Shown in pieces: positions 49,637-59,137 of a stretch of DNA of 64,000 nt. Source of the DNA: Nitrososphaeria archaeon (GTDB lineage Archaea > Thermoproteota > Nitrososphaeria > Nitrososphaerales > JAAOZN01); the NCBI GenBank assembly GCA_029775855.1, contig JARVJZ010000004.1, forward strand, positions 146,288 through 210,287, written 5' to 3'. The notes beneath the pieces were generated by a model. That model was not told where the DNA came from. It ran no database searches and saw only the letters and a program-made list of their open reading frames with translations. Made by a program: the position numbers and the translations under genes. Each line of letters begins with the position of its first letter. The stretch's first letter is position 1.

Positions 49637-49924
49637 GTGGCTAAGGAGATTACATTAGAAGATTATAAGAGAGCTTATAGGGAGATGGAGAAGGAGGAGG
49701 CAAGAAACGGGTTTATCGTTCATCTAGTTGTCTACATTCTCGTGAATGTTATGCTGATAGTTATAAACCTCATGTATACTCCTGAAGCACTTTGGTTTTT
49801 CTTTCCCCTTATAGGATGGGGGATTGGGGTATCGATGCATTATCTCTTTGGTGTGCGTTTGATTGAGAAGGACCTCATAGAAAAGGAGGCTAAGGCTGAG
49901 TATAGAGCTAGACAAGGGAAGTAG
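49637..49924 (+). CDS. 2TM domain protein
   Basis: F.VHLVVY.LVN...W...PLIGWGIG..H motif. Confidence 0.85.
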   Translation: MAKEITLEDYKRAYREMEKEEARNGFIVHLVVYILVNVMLIVINLMYTPEALWFFFPLIGWGIGVSMHYLFGVRLIEKDLIEKEAKAEYRARQGK

Positions 49925-50000
49925 CTTCGGTATCTCCGTATTTTTGCTGAGTGGAAGTCGACGGTTATAGTGGATGTGCGTAAAAGGTTTAAATATTTAA

Positions 50001-50014
50001 TATAACGCTGTTAT
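50001..50014. promoter_or_regulatory. Palindromic operator upstream of sufB
   Basis: TATAAC-GCT-GTTAT between the TTTAAATA box (49988) and ATG 50027; a second copy precedes sufC. Confidence 0.7.
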
Positions 50015-50026
50015 TATCAGAAGCCT

Positions 50027-51424
50027 ATGGAACCACCAAAACTATTTGAAGAATACAAATACGATTTTAAAGACCCAATAGACAAATATGTTCACATAAG
50101 CCAGAAAGGGCTCTCAAGAGAAGTTGTTGAAGAAATTTCAGCGATAAAAAATGAGCCTAAATGGATGCTCGACTACAGATTAAAGGCATATGAACACTTT
50201 AGATCACGCCCAATGCCGACTTGGGGGGCAGACTTATCAAACATAGATTTTAACAACATACGCTACTACGTTAAGGCTACTGAGCGTGTTGGGCGCACTT
50301 GGGATGAAGTTCCTGAGCAGATCAAAAGGACATTCGAGAAGCTCGGCATACCTGAAGCTGAAAGGAAGTTTCTTGCCGGTGTTGGCGCGCAATACGAGTC
50401 AGAGGTGATCTATCATAGCCTAAAGAAGGATTTGGCTGAGAAGGGTGTAATATTCAGCGATATGGATAGCGGTCTTAGGGAGTACCCTGAGATAGTGCGT
50501 AAATATTTTGGGACAGTAGTACCCTACAACGACAATAAGTTCGCAGCCCTTAACAGCGCTGTATGGAGTGGTGGCAGCTTCATCTATGTGCCTGAAGGTG
50601 TTGAAGTGAACATCCCTCTTCAAGCATACTTTAGAATAAATGTGATGAATATGGGGCAGTTTGAAAGAACACTAATAATCGCTGAGCCTAATAGTAAGGT
50701 GCATTACATAGAGGGGTGCACAGCCCCCATATATTCCTCAGACTCACTACACGCAGCGGTAGTTGAAATTATAGCCAAAAAGGGTGCACATGTAAGATAC
50801 ACAACACTTCAAAACTGGTCGAAGGACATCTACAATCTAGTCACCAAAAGAGCACACGCTTATGAAGACGCAACAGTCGAATGGATTGATGCGAACGCTG
50901 GTAGCAAGGTTACTATGAAATACCCATCAGTCTACCTCTTAGGTAGAAGAGCGAAGGCAGAGATAGTTTCAGTCGCCTTCGCTAACACTGGTCAGCATAT
51001 AGATTCTGGGGCGAAGGTTGTTCATCTAGCACCAGAAACTACATCGAAGATAACTTCTAAGTCTGTCTCTAAGGGTGGGGGTAGGACTAGCTACAGAGGG
51101 CTGCTTTATGTCGGTAAAGGAGCATACGGTGTTAAGTCAACTGTTAGGTGTGATGCTCTTCTGATAGATGATCATTCGCGTACAGACACTTACCCATATA
51201 ATGAGGTCTATGAGGATGATGCAACCATAACACATGAAGCTACAGTCGGCAAGATAGGTGAAGACCAACTCTTCTATTTAATGAGTAGAGGGATAAGTGA
51301 GCAAGAAGCCCTAAGTATGGTTGTGATGGGTTTCTTTAACCCATTCACAAAGCACCTCCCTATGGAGTATGCAGTTGAGTTTAACCGATTGATAGAGTTA
51401 GAGATGACTGGCGCGGTAGGCTAA
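50027..51424 (+). CDS. sufB: Fe-S cluster assembly protein SufB
   Basis: QFERTLI, EGCTAP, LHAAVVE, HEATV and FYLMSRG motifs. Confidence 0.96.
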   Translation: MEPPKLFEEYKYDFKDPIDKYVHISQKGLSREVVEEISAIKNEPKWMLDYRLKAYEHFRSRPMPTWGADLSNIDFNNIRYYVKATERVGRTWDEVPEQIKRTFEKLGIPEAERKFLAGVGAQYESEVIYHSLKKDLAEKGVIFSDMDSGLREYPEIVRKYFGTVVPYNDNKFAALNSAVWSGGSFIYVPEGVEVNIPLQAYFRINVMNMGQFERTLIIAEPNSKVHYIEGCTAPIYSSDSLHAAVVEIIAKKGAHVRYTTLQNWSKDIYNLVTKRAHAYEDATVEWIDANAGSKVTMKYPSVYLLGRRAKAEIVSVAFANTGQHIDSGAKVVHLAPETTSKITSKSVSKGGGRTSYRGLLYVGKGAYGVKSTVRCDALLIDDHSRTDTYPYNEVYEDDATITHEATVGKIGEDQLFYLMSRGISEQEALSMVVMGFFNPFTKHLPMEYAVEFNRLIELEMTGAVG

Positions 51425-51425
51425 A

Positions 51426-52739
51426 TTGACCATTAACTTAATCAAAAAAGTTTCACAGAGCTTAGGCGAAGATGTAGAGAGCTTAGAAAAGAGGATTAAA
51501 AACTTCGAACTCTATAAGGGCTTACCTCTAGAACCCTCCCCCCTATACGCAAAATACGTAGACGCCAAGATTGCTGAAATCGATTTAAACACACTATGGG
51601 ATACAGATAAGACTATAGAATGGGATCTTCCATCTAAGTTAGGTCAGATACTTTACAATGGGCGTCTTATAGGAAAGAGAGAATCTACAGATGTTAAACT
51701 ACAGACTTTACAAGAAGCAAAAGATGGTTTAAACAGCCTTAACCACAGCTTCTTAGATCCTCGTGAAAATAGGTTCACAGCTCTCATTCAAGCACTATAT
51801 TCAAGCGGACACATACTAGTGATCCCAAGAGACACAGTTGTTAAAGAACCTATACACTTAGTGACCTTAGTCGATAGATCAAATATTTTAAGAAATATCA
51901 TAATGGTAGGTGAGGGAGCACAAGCAAAGGTGGTTCAAGAGATCTATTCACCTAACCAAGTTGAGAAAAACACCTTCCACGCTTACAGCAACGAAATTCT
52001 ACTCGAAGAAGGTGCTTTGTTGCAGATGACAACAGTCCAAGCAGCAGACCAATCATCCAAAATATTTAACACTACAAAGACGATTTTAAAGAAAGGCTCA
52101 AATCTTGACTTTGCTACAACGTACTTAGGAGGACTACTGCATATAGGTAGGGTAGAGCATAGATTAGTGGAAGAAGGCGCAACAGCAAAAGATACTCACA
52201 TCGCCTTACTTACGAGCAACCAAGTGTTAGATTTAACCACAAATCTGCTACATCAAGCCCCAAAAACGAACGGAAGCATACTCACTAAGGTTGCGTTAAA
52301 AGACAGCAGCAAAGCTCTAACTAAGGGGATGATAAGAATACCCTTAGAGGGAAAGCAGTCTAATGCCTACTTAGCTCAGCACGCCATAATGCTAAATGCA
52401 GGCGCATCTGGCATCACTATACCAGGCTTAGAGATCTTAACAAATGATGTTAAGGCTACACACGCATCATCAATCTCACAGCTCGATGAAGAACAGATCT
52501 TCTACTTGATGAGCAAGGGGCTGAGTAGAGAAAACGCTGTTAAAATGGTCACTTTAGGATTCTTTGAACACGCATTAACAAGACTAAACCAGTCAAGTGT
52601 TAGGGAGGGTTTGAGGCAGATGCTTGAAGATAAGTGGCAAGGCAGAGTCGCAATCTTCAAGCCAATAGAGCAAGAAGATGTAAGCTTTGAAGATGTTGAG
52701 AAAAGAGATATGTTTGAAGGGCACTACAAATATAGGTGA
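51426..52739 (+). CDS. sufD: Fe-S cluster assembly protein SufD
   Basis: PGLEI..DVKATHA and FYLMSKG motifs; beta-helix repeats. Confidence 0.9.
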   Translation: MTINLIKKVSQSLGEDVESLEKRIKNFELYKGLPLEPSPLYAKYVDAKIAEIDLNTLWDTDKTIEWDLPSKLGQILYNGRLIGKRESTDVKLQTLQEAKDGLNSLNHSFLDPRENRFTALIQALYSSGHILVIPRDTVVKEPIHLVTLVDRSNILRNIIMVGEGAQAKVVQEIYSPNQVEKNTFHAYSNEILLEEGALLQMTTVQAADQSSKIFNTTKTILKKGSNLDFATTYLGGLLHIGRVEHRLVEEGATAKDTHIALLTSNQVLDLTTNLLHQAPKTNGSILTKVALKDSSKALTKGMIRIPLEGKQSNAYLAQHAIMLNAGASGITIPGLEILTNDVKATHASSISQLDEEQIFYLMSKGLSRENAVKMVTLGFFEHALTRLNQSSVREGLRQMLEDKWQGRVAIFKPIEQEDVSFEDVEKRDMFEGHYKYR

Positions 52740-53047
52740 GTGAGTTGAAGAAGGTTGTAGCAAAGACGAGCGAAATACGCGAAGGTGAAATAAAAGCATT
52801 CAAAGTGGATGGTAAGCAGATTATTCTCGTGAAAAATGGTGGTAAGATATACGCACTTTCAAGGTTCTGTACACACGAAGAAGCAGACCTCTCCACAGGC
52901 TTCTTGCTTGAAGATAGGCTAGTCTGCCCCCTACATCTATCACAATTTGATCTAAAAAGCGGTGCTGCTCTAACCCCTCCTGCAACTGAACCTCTTGCAT
53001 CCTATGTTGTTGAAGTCGTTGAGGATATGGTGGTGCTTGATTTTTAA
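52736..53047 (+). CDS. Rieske-type [2Fe-2S] ferredoxin
   Basis: CTH...CPLH..FD motif. Confidence 0.9.
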   Translation: MSELKKVVAKTSEIREGEIKAFKVDGKQIILVKNGGKIYALSRFCTHEEADLSTGFLLEDRLVCPLHLSQFDLKSGAALTPPATEPLASYVVEVVEDMVVLDF

Positions 53048-53058
53048 TTAAAAGCTTT

Positions 53059-53072
53059 TATAACAGCGTTAT
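53059..53072. promoter_or_regulatory. Palindromic operator upstream of sufC
   Basis: TATAAC-AGC-GTTAT overlapping the 3' end of the AAAGCTTTTATAA BRE/TATA. Confidence 0.7.
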
Positions 53073-53086
53073 GATAAAAATATTAG

Positions 53087-53870
53087 GTGATAAAACTCGA
53101 AACTCGAAGCAGTTGACCTATATGTAGAAGTGGCTGGAAAACAAGTGATAAAAGGCCTTAACCTAACGGTATCTCAAGGAGAAGTCCACGCACTAATGGG
53201 TCCAAACGGTTCTGGAAAAAGCACACTAGCACATACAATAATGGGGCATCCAAGATATAAAGTAAGTAAAGGGGATATACTCTTAGACGGCCAATCCATT
53301 TTAGATTTAACACCAGATCAACGTGCAAGAAAAGGACTATTCTTAGCTTTCCAATACCCCTATGAAATCTCTGGGGTCACAGTAGCCAACTTCTTAAGAA
53401 CAGCTTACAACTCAATACACTACAACGGGCAGAAAGATGTCGGCGCATCATATCTTGAATTCAGAAGGCTTCTAAAAGAGAAACTTAACGCCTTAAAGGT
53501 TGATGACTCATTCGCTGAAAGATATCTTAACGAAGGATTTTCAGGCGGCGAAAAGAAAAGATGTGAAATACTTCAACTGGCGGTTCTAAAACCAAAGATC
53601 GCACTACTAGACGAGACAGACTCAGGCCTGGATATCGACGCACTAAAAATCGTGGCAGAAGGAGTCAACACACTACTAGGCCCAGATATGGGCGTGCTCC
53701 TAATCACGCATTACAACCGTATACTCAAATACATCAAACCAAGATTCGTGCACATAATGATTAATGGCAGAATAGTAAAATCCGGCGGCGAAGAATTAGC
53801 AACCCTACTAGAAGAAAAGGGATACGACTGGCTAAAGCAAACAGCAACCAGCAATACAACAAAAACCTAA
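53087..53870 (+). CDS. sufC: Fe-S cluster assembly ATPase SufC (true start uncertain; in-frame GTG at 53130)
   Basis: [22 protein letters not shown] and DETDSGLD motifs; the in-frame segment [11 protein letters not shown] lies upstream of the ORF-track start. Confidence 0.92.
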
Positions 53871-53899
53871 ATCCACAGCCAACATACCCCTAATACCGC

Positions 53900-54025
53900 G
53901 GGCCGGTCGTCTAGACCCCAACCGGGACAACCACCTCCAGCAAGGTGGTCTAATCTGGTAGGATACCGCTTTGGCAAGTAAACCCAAAGTGGCGGGGGTC
54001 GGGGGTTCAAATCCCCCCCGGTCCA
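53900..54025 (+). tRNA. tRNA-Ala(GGC) with three introns (53915-53930 and 53931-53953 at 15/16; 53977-53989 at 37/38)
   Basis: GGGCCGG/CCGGTCC-A acceptor with G3:U70; each insert can be folded into a BHB-like motif; the spliced product is a canonical cloverleaf. Confidence 0.9.
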
Positions 54026-54058
54026 CTCCCCTCTTTAACCGTTAGCGTTAAGCTGTTT

Positions 54059-54550
54059 TTATTCCACTCCTAGTTCTTTGGCAATCTTCTTTATGTCTTC
54101 GAACGAAGCTATTATTACATTATTAGGACCGTGTAAGGCTCTGAATTCAATTAATGCTTTTTCAAAACGATTTCGAATAGGTTCTAAATGTTTACCTTCT
54201 GTTGGTAAGTCTCTTCCTCTATATACTACGATAACACCAAAGGGTATTTTAGAAAGATTCGAAATGTCGCCTTTCATAGCCTTTGTGGTTACATCTGAAC
54301 CCTCAATTTCAAACGCAGCGTAGAGCTGTCTCTTTAAACTCGCTTTCCTTTCTATAAGTTCTTTGTACTCTTGGGTTAAATCGTTTTGTGAGATTATGGT
54401 TTCAAATAATCGGCTAACTCATTCTTGTGGTTTGGTATACCACAATACATCATGCCTAATCGTAAGTTTACCTAATTCTGATTCCTGACCTTCTTCTACA
54501 TCAACTTCGAAACCAAGTTTTATTCCTAACTTGCATAGTAGAATTTTCAT
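54059..54550 (-). pseudogene. PD-(D/E)XK nuclease-like gene interrupted by in-frame TGA (54419-54421)
   Basis: MKILLCKLGIKLGFEVDVEE...RHDVLWYTKPQE*VSRL...AAFEIEGSDVTTKAMKGDISNL; AT-rich; abuts the tRNA-Ala 3' end. Confidence 0.6.
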
Positions 54551-54730
54551 TTGATAAGTTTCTTCACTTTCAACTTAGTCTTCTTAATTTGGTTGCAATC
54601 TTTGATGTCTCGCAATCTTCATCATATACACAGAATATGTTAACAGAAGATATTTATGTTGTGAGCAAGTCAACTTTAAATTGGAATATTCTAGTGCTGG
54701 TTCTGTTAACCACGGAGTTGCAGATAAACA

Positions 54731-55417
54731 ATGTTGCTGAAGGATGTTGTTGATGATTATATGGGTAGGGTTGCTGGGTTGAGGGAGCATTGTGATAGAT
54801 GCCTTAGGAGTGAAAGGTGGGGTGGGAGTGTTGTCTTGATGGTTGTTGATGCCGCCTTCACATCCATAGGCTTGAACTACTTTACCGCGGTTGTGCCTAA
54901 GGTTGAAGAGTTCAGCAAGCGGTTTGTGGAGAGCGGCAGAGTTAAGAGCCTAAGAGATTTGGTGGATGCTAATTTAAGTGAGTTAAGGGCTGTCTGGAGA
55001 AATCTACGCTCTTGGAGAATGGCTAAAGAAGTTGCAGCGTACCTATCAACAGTAAGCGGAGATGACAAAGATGCGCTAAGGACTTGGGCTAAAAATTCAA
55101 GAATTGATGGATGGAAGACCGATCCTATAGGTAAGGTCAAGGGTGTTGGATTGGTTACATTTCAATATCTGCGGATGATGGGTGGTGTCGACACCGTAAT
55201 GCCTGATAAGATAGTTAAGCGTGTAATAAATGAGATCTTGGTTAAAGCCGGGTTAGAACCTGTGAATGATGACCTCAATTTCATAAAGCGGGCTGAAGAG
55301 GTTGCTTTAGAATGCGGATATAGACCAATAGAGCTCTGCTGGATGACTTGGCTCATCCAACCCGAGGGAAAGAGGATGAGAATGGAGAAATACGCACATA
55401 TACTTTCAAAGATTTAA
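54731..55417 (+). CDS. HhH-containing DNA glycosylase-like hypothetical protein
   Basis: VKGVGLVTFQYLRM..G.DTVMPD resembles the HhH-GPD hairpin plus Asp. Confidence 0.55.
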   Translation: MLLKDVVDDYMGRVAGLREHCDRCLRSERWGGSVVLMVVDAAFTSIGLNYFTAVVPKVEEFSKRFVESGRVKSLRDLVDANLSELRAVWRNLRSWRMAKEVAAYLSTVSGDDKDALRTWAKNSRIDGWKTDPIGKVKGVGLVTFQYLRMMGGVDTVMPDKIVKRVINEILVKAGLEPVNDDLNFIKRAEEVALECGYRPIELCWMTWLIQPEGKRMRMEKYAHILSKI

Positions 55418-55443
55418 GCCTTTAACCATAGTGTTAAGCAAAA

Positions 55444-56412
55444 CTATAGAAAATCTTCTAAAGCCTTTAGGAATTGCTGTAAAGAATCTTTTGGTATCCT
55501 AGCTCCACTAGCCTTACTGTGACCACCACCAAACCCCCCAAGTTTTGAGGCGAGACGCTGCGTTATTGAACCAAGATCTTTGGTGTAGTTTGATGAAGCT
55601 CTGAGGGAGAGCTCAACAAAATCAGAGTCCCTCTTAACAGTATAGGATAATCCCACTGGGACTTCCAGTAAGCATCTCACTAAGTTAGCTGCTGTACCTT
55701 TAGGGAAATCTGATGCGTCTATATAGGCATATTTTCTACCAACCTTAGCATCCTTCTTCACTTTTTTCATGAACTCTGAAACTCGACGAGCATGTTCAGA
55801 AGCATACTCAACTACACTTTCGATTTCGTGAGGATACTTTAGCCTACTTAACTCTTCAACTAAAATGCTAAGCTTCTTCAGCATATCGCCTAACTGCTCT
55901 ATCGCATACGATAAAGTAGAAGCCTCATAGTAAAGATGGATTCTATCATATAGAGCTAGTATCTTCGATGCTATAGGCCCTTCTTCTAGATAATCTGTAA
56001 GCGCTGCATATGCTACTAAGATAGAAGCCTCTTTAGGCAGTACACATTTAAAGTAATTGTAGGTCAATGCTGCAGTACAGTCTTTTAAGCTATGAACCAC
56101 TTTCAGATCTGAAGCTGACTTGTAATTAAAGAGACCCTTAACCTTCTGATGGTGATCTATGTAAGTGACCTTTGCAAACCTTCGTATACGATTAACCTCT
56201 TCAAAAAAAGGCTGTATAGTTCCTAGGGATAACCCCAGGTCGCAGATATATACTTCAGAGGCGTCAGAGATAGCTTTCAAAGTGTCGATGAAGTTTCCGT
56301 AGCTCGTTAAGTAAACCTCAGCTTTTGTGGCACATTTTACAAGGGCTGCTGATGCTAATCCATCTACATCGCTTGAATGTGATATGCAGATGGTTTGATG
56401 CACTTTATGCAC
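55444..56412 (-). CDS. DHH/DHHA1 family phosphoesterase
   Basis: SHSSDVDG, DLG, IDHH, SLR and GGGH..ASGA motifs. Confidence 0.88.
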   Translation of the reverse strand: MHKVHQTICISHSSDVDGLASAALVKCATKAEVYLTSYGNFIDTLKAISDASEVYICDLGLSLGTIQPFFEEVNRIRRFAKVTYIDHHQKVKGLFNYKSASDLKVVHSLKDCTAALTYNYFKCVLPKEASILVAYAALTDYLEEGPIASKILALYDRIHLYYEASTLSYAIEQLGDMLKKLSILVEELSRLKYPHEIESVVEYASEHARRVSEFMKKVKKDAKVGRKYAYIDASDFPKGTAANLVRCLLEVPVGLSYTVKRDSDFVELSLRASSNYTKDLGSITQRLASKLGGFGGGHSKASGARIPKDSLQQFLKALEDFL

Positions 56413-56986
56413 CTATGCGTTCTTTGACTGCTTGCTCTATTCTGTAGAGATACCAGAGTGTGTATGCTGAAATCGCTGAAAGCGCTGTGAAGAGCTTTGT
56501 GGCGAAGACTAGGTTCCAAGGCGTCTCAGGGTTAGGGCTCTTATTCAACAAGACATCTGGGATTATGTTTCCGGTTGTTGCTTGGTAAGCCATTAAGGCG
56601 CTCCATATGCTGAAGTTGTATAGCACCTCGTACGCCGATACACAGAAGACTACGAAGGCGATTAATCTGAAGATTGATAAGCGGAACATGGAATACTTTA
56701 GAAGCCTTGACTTATTCAATTCGAGAACAGAGAACCAGCAAAGCACCATACCAACATAAAGCCAAGTAACAGGCTTCGCGTAAATAGGAAAGTACTCTGG
56801 CTCAGGAAACTCAAACGGTTTACTTTGGATGTGCACCAAGCTATCTCCAACACCTTCACTTCTATGTAGAAAGAACTCGAGGCCAGCGTATGCGATAAGC
56901 CCCACCACCAACGCAAGAGAGAGAAGACCTATGGTCAAATAGAGAGCTCTAAACCGCTGGTCTTCCCTTTCTTCTGGGGATGGCAT
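56405..56986 (-). CDS. Conserved archaeal membrane protein
   Basis: About four TM segments; YEVLYNF.IW and NLVFATK motifs; function unknown. Confidence 0.65.
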   Translation of the reverse strand: MPSPEEREDQRFRALYLTIGLLSLALVVGLIAYAGLEFFLHRSEGVGDSLVHIQSKPFEFPEPEYFPIYAKPVTWLYVGMVLCWFSVLELNKSRLLKYSMFRLSIFRLIAFVVFCVSAYEVLYNFSIWSALMAYQATTGNIIPDVLLNKSPNPETPWNLVFATKLFTALSAISAYTLWYLYRIEQAVKERIGA

Positions 56987-57042
56987 AAGAGATAGATTCC
57001 CTTATAGATCATTATAAGTGTATCGTAGAATAGTAGCGTATG

Positions 57043-57414
57043 TTAGACAAAAGCATCCATTAGGTGGAGTATTTTAGGTGAAGATAGGCTGTAGAGTATC
57101 CATTTTCCTTCCCGCCTCTTCTTCGCTATTCCTTCTCGTTCAAGCATGTTTAGGTGGTGGGAAGCGTTAGGTTGGGTAAGGTTCAAGGCAGCCATAATCT
57201 CACAGACACACATCTCTCGTTGCGCAATTATCTTAATTATCTTAAGTCTAGTGGGATCGCTGAGTGTCTTGAAGAATCGGGCTTTCGCTCTAAAATACTC
57301 TTCACCGCCAATACTTTCAGCAAGTCTTCTAAGCTCTTCTGCATACTGCTCTAGATTTCCAGCTTTACAGATCTCTGCATATCGTCTTCTAAGTCTGTCT
57401 TCGGCTTCATTCAC
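57043..57414 (-). CDS. ArsR/SmtB-family regulator
   Basis: FKTLSDPTRL, EMCVCEI and SHHL motifs. Confidence 0.92.
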   Translation of the reverse strand: MNEAEDRLRRRYAEICKAGNLEQYAEELRRLAESIGGEEYFRAKARFFKTLSDPTRLKIIKIIAQREMCVCEIMAALNLTQPNASHHLNMLEREGIAKKRREGKWILYSLSSPKILHLMDAFV

Positions 57415-57431
57415 GGTTTCTATTTTGGATG

Positions 57432-57449
57432 AACATACTTAAATGTGTT
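57432..57449. promoter_or_regulatory. Imperfect palindrome, candidate ArsR autoregulatory operator
   Basis: AACATACTTAAATGTGTT (14/18 self-complementary) 18-35 nt upstream of arsR. Confidence 0.5.
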
Positions 57450-57461
57450 TAATGAGTAAAC

Positions 57462-58136
57462 TTAGCTCGGTGGTGTAGCATATTTTATGTAGATGTATGA
57501 CTGAGTAACGGAAGCCCAAGCAGCAACAAACAAGCCGATAAGGAAGGAGATGACCGAGCCTATTAAGGGTATAATACTGAATACACCACCTATCAAGGCA
57601 AAGATCCCGAGTATTATTATTACTGCTAATGTGTTCAACTTCTTATTACGCCCAAATGATTTACTAGCTGACATAGCCTCCAGAGCACCTTTATCCTCTA
57701 ACATAAGGGCGGGTATGGTGTAGAAGAACCAAGTCAGAAAGATTAACCCAGGCACTACAAGCAGGATTAACCCTATTGCAACGATAATGGAAACTAATAT
57801 CGATGCTGCTATAAGTGAGATTATCTTCCTAAAAGCGTTTTTAGATGCTGAGGCTAAGCTCGGAGACACCCCGTTTACTACATCTTTTACTAAGATGGGA
57901 TACATACCTGAAACTATGACGTAGATTATTAAACCAAGTAGAAACAGAATGGGAGTGGCTGGAGCTAGTGCAAGCCAGCCTAATGGGGTTGTGAACAAGG
58001 CTAAAGCACTTAAGCTTGAGCCCATAGTAAATATCAGAGAAGATATGAATTGCGGTATCAGAATTTTAGGGTTCTTAACCAAGATGTTGAAGGAACTCGT
58101 CAGCGCCTCTCCTATATCAAACCCTTTTGATGCCAT
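57462..58136 (-). CDS. Integral membrane protein of unknown function
   Basis: Five to six TM segments; GLILLVVPG and LED.GAL.AM..S patterns. Confidence 0.7.
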   Translation of the reverse strand: MASKGFDIGEALTSSFNILVKNPKILIPQFISSLIFTMGSSLSALALFTTPLGWLALAPATPILFLLGLIIYVIVSGMYPILVKDVVNGVSPSLASASKNAFRKIISLIAASILVSIIVAIGLILLVVPGLIFLTWFFYTIPALMLEDKGALEAMSASKSFGRNKKLNTLAVIIILGIFALIGGVFSIIPLIGSVISFLIGLFVAAWASVTQSYIYIKYATPPS

Positions 58137-58178
58137 GGGCTCTGTTTGTCTTGGGCTCCTAAATAAGCTTTGAATAGC

Positions 58179-59054
58179 TCACATCTTATTGCTTGTATAG
58201 AGCTCTCTGCGTCTAGCTTCAAGCATGTCAACCGGCTTACCCAAATACTCTGCTGCGCAAAGAACCTTGACGCCACATTCTTCACCGGCTTCATAAACAG
58301 CGTGCATCTTCTCCTTATACCCCAAGTCACGAAGTAGGTGATGATCTAATATTATAGTGCCCAGCCCCTTCTTACTTAGGGTTTTTGTGATATTAAGTAG
58401 ATTTTGAATGGCACAACTTAGAGCATCATCGGCGAAGCTTGACCCAAGAAGATAAGTTGGAGGCCCATCAACTATTAGGGTATGAGGGGTGTTATCGAGT
58501 ATGGTCTCGGTATGCTCCTTTGTAGCAGGTCCTTGCACATCTGAGGAGAAGTGCATTATTTCACCGCCGCATCTCACACTTAACTCAACAACATACCCCA
58601 ACTTGGTGTCTACACCGTGGCTTACAGCCTGCGAAAAACTTAGTGTGGTACCCTTTATGCTGAATGTTTTGCCATCGGCTTGCTTGATCTCCTTCGGCAA
58701 CCCTTGTATACTCTGAAGGAAGTAGGCTGCACGCCACCTTTGGCTGGGATTTATGTTCTCTGCTGGGTCTTTGATTATCAAGACCTTATTCTTGAAGATT
58801 TCTGGGTAGTTTGGTGAGTGATGGTCATAATGATAATGCGTCAGAACCAGAATATCAGCGTATTCAGCGTATTTCTTTATACTAGCCCAGGACTCATCCA
58901 ACCTAAGCCATTCGACAGCGTGTGGGCTTAAACCGTAGCGTTTAGGTGCTAAAGCCGCAGCTGGATCGATGAGTAGACTTACATTCTTGGTTTCAACAAA
59001 GGTAGCCATAGATCTTACACCTAAGCTATCAAACGCGATCGGCTTAACTAGCAT
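58179..59054 (-). CDS. MBL-fold hydrolase (UPF0282)
   Basis: DSLGVRSMAT, THYHYDH, SDVQG and DHHLLRD motifs. Confidence 0.88.
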   Translation of the reverse strand: MLVKPIAFDSLGVRSMATFVETKNVSLLIDPAAALAPKRYGLSPHAVEWLRLDESWASIKKYAEYADILVLTHYHYDHHSPNYPEIFKNKVLIIKDPAENINPSQRWRAAYFLQSIQGLPKEIKQADGKTFSIKGTTLSFSQAVSHGVDTKLGYVVELSVRCGGEIMHFSSDVQGPATKEHTETILDNTPHTLIVDGPPTYLLGSSFADDALSCAIQNLLNITKTLSKKGLGTIILDHHLLRDLGYKEKMHAVYEAGEECGVKVLCAAEYLGKPVDMLEARRRELYTSNKM

Positions 59055-59137
59055 TAAAGAAGCCTCCTGAAGCTTTGAGCAAATGATCTGCTCAGCATTA
59101 GATGGCAGTTTAAAAAAGATGGTAGGGGGCGCAAAGC

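Noticed and set aside
54419-54421. TGA as selenocysteine or recoded Trp
   Set aside because: No redox-motif context or SECIS seen; TGA acts as a stop elsewhere in the window, and the surrounding DNA looks decayed.
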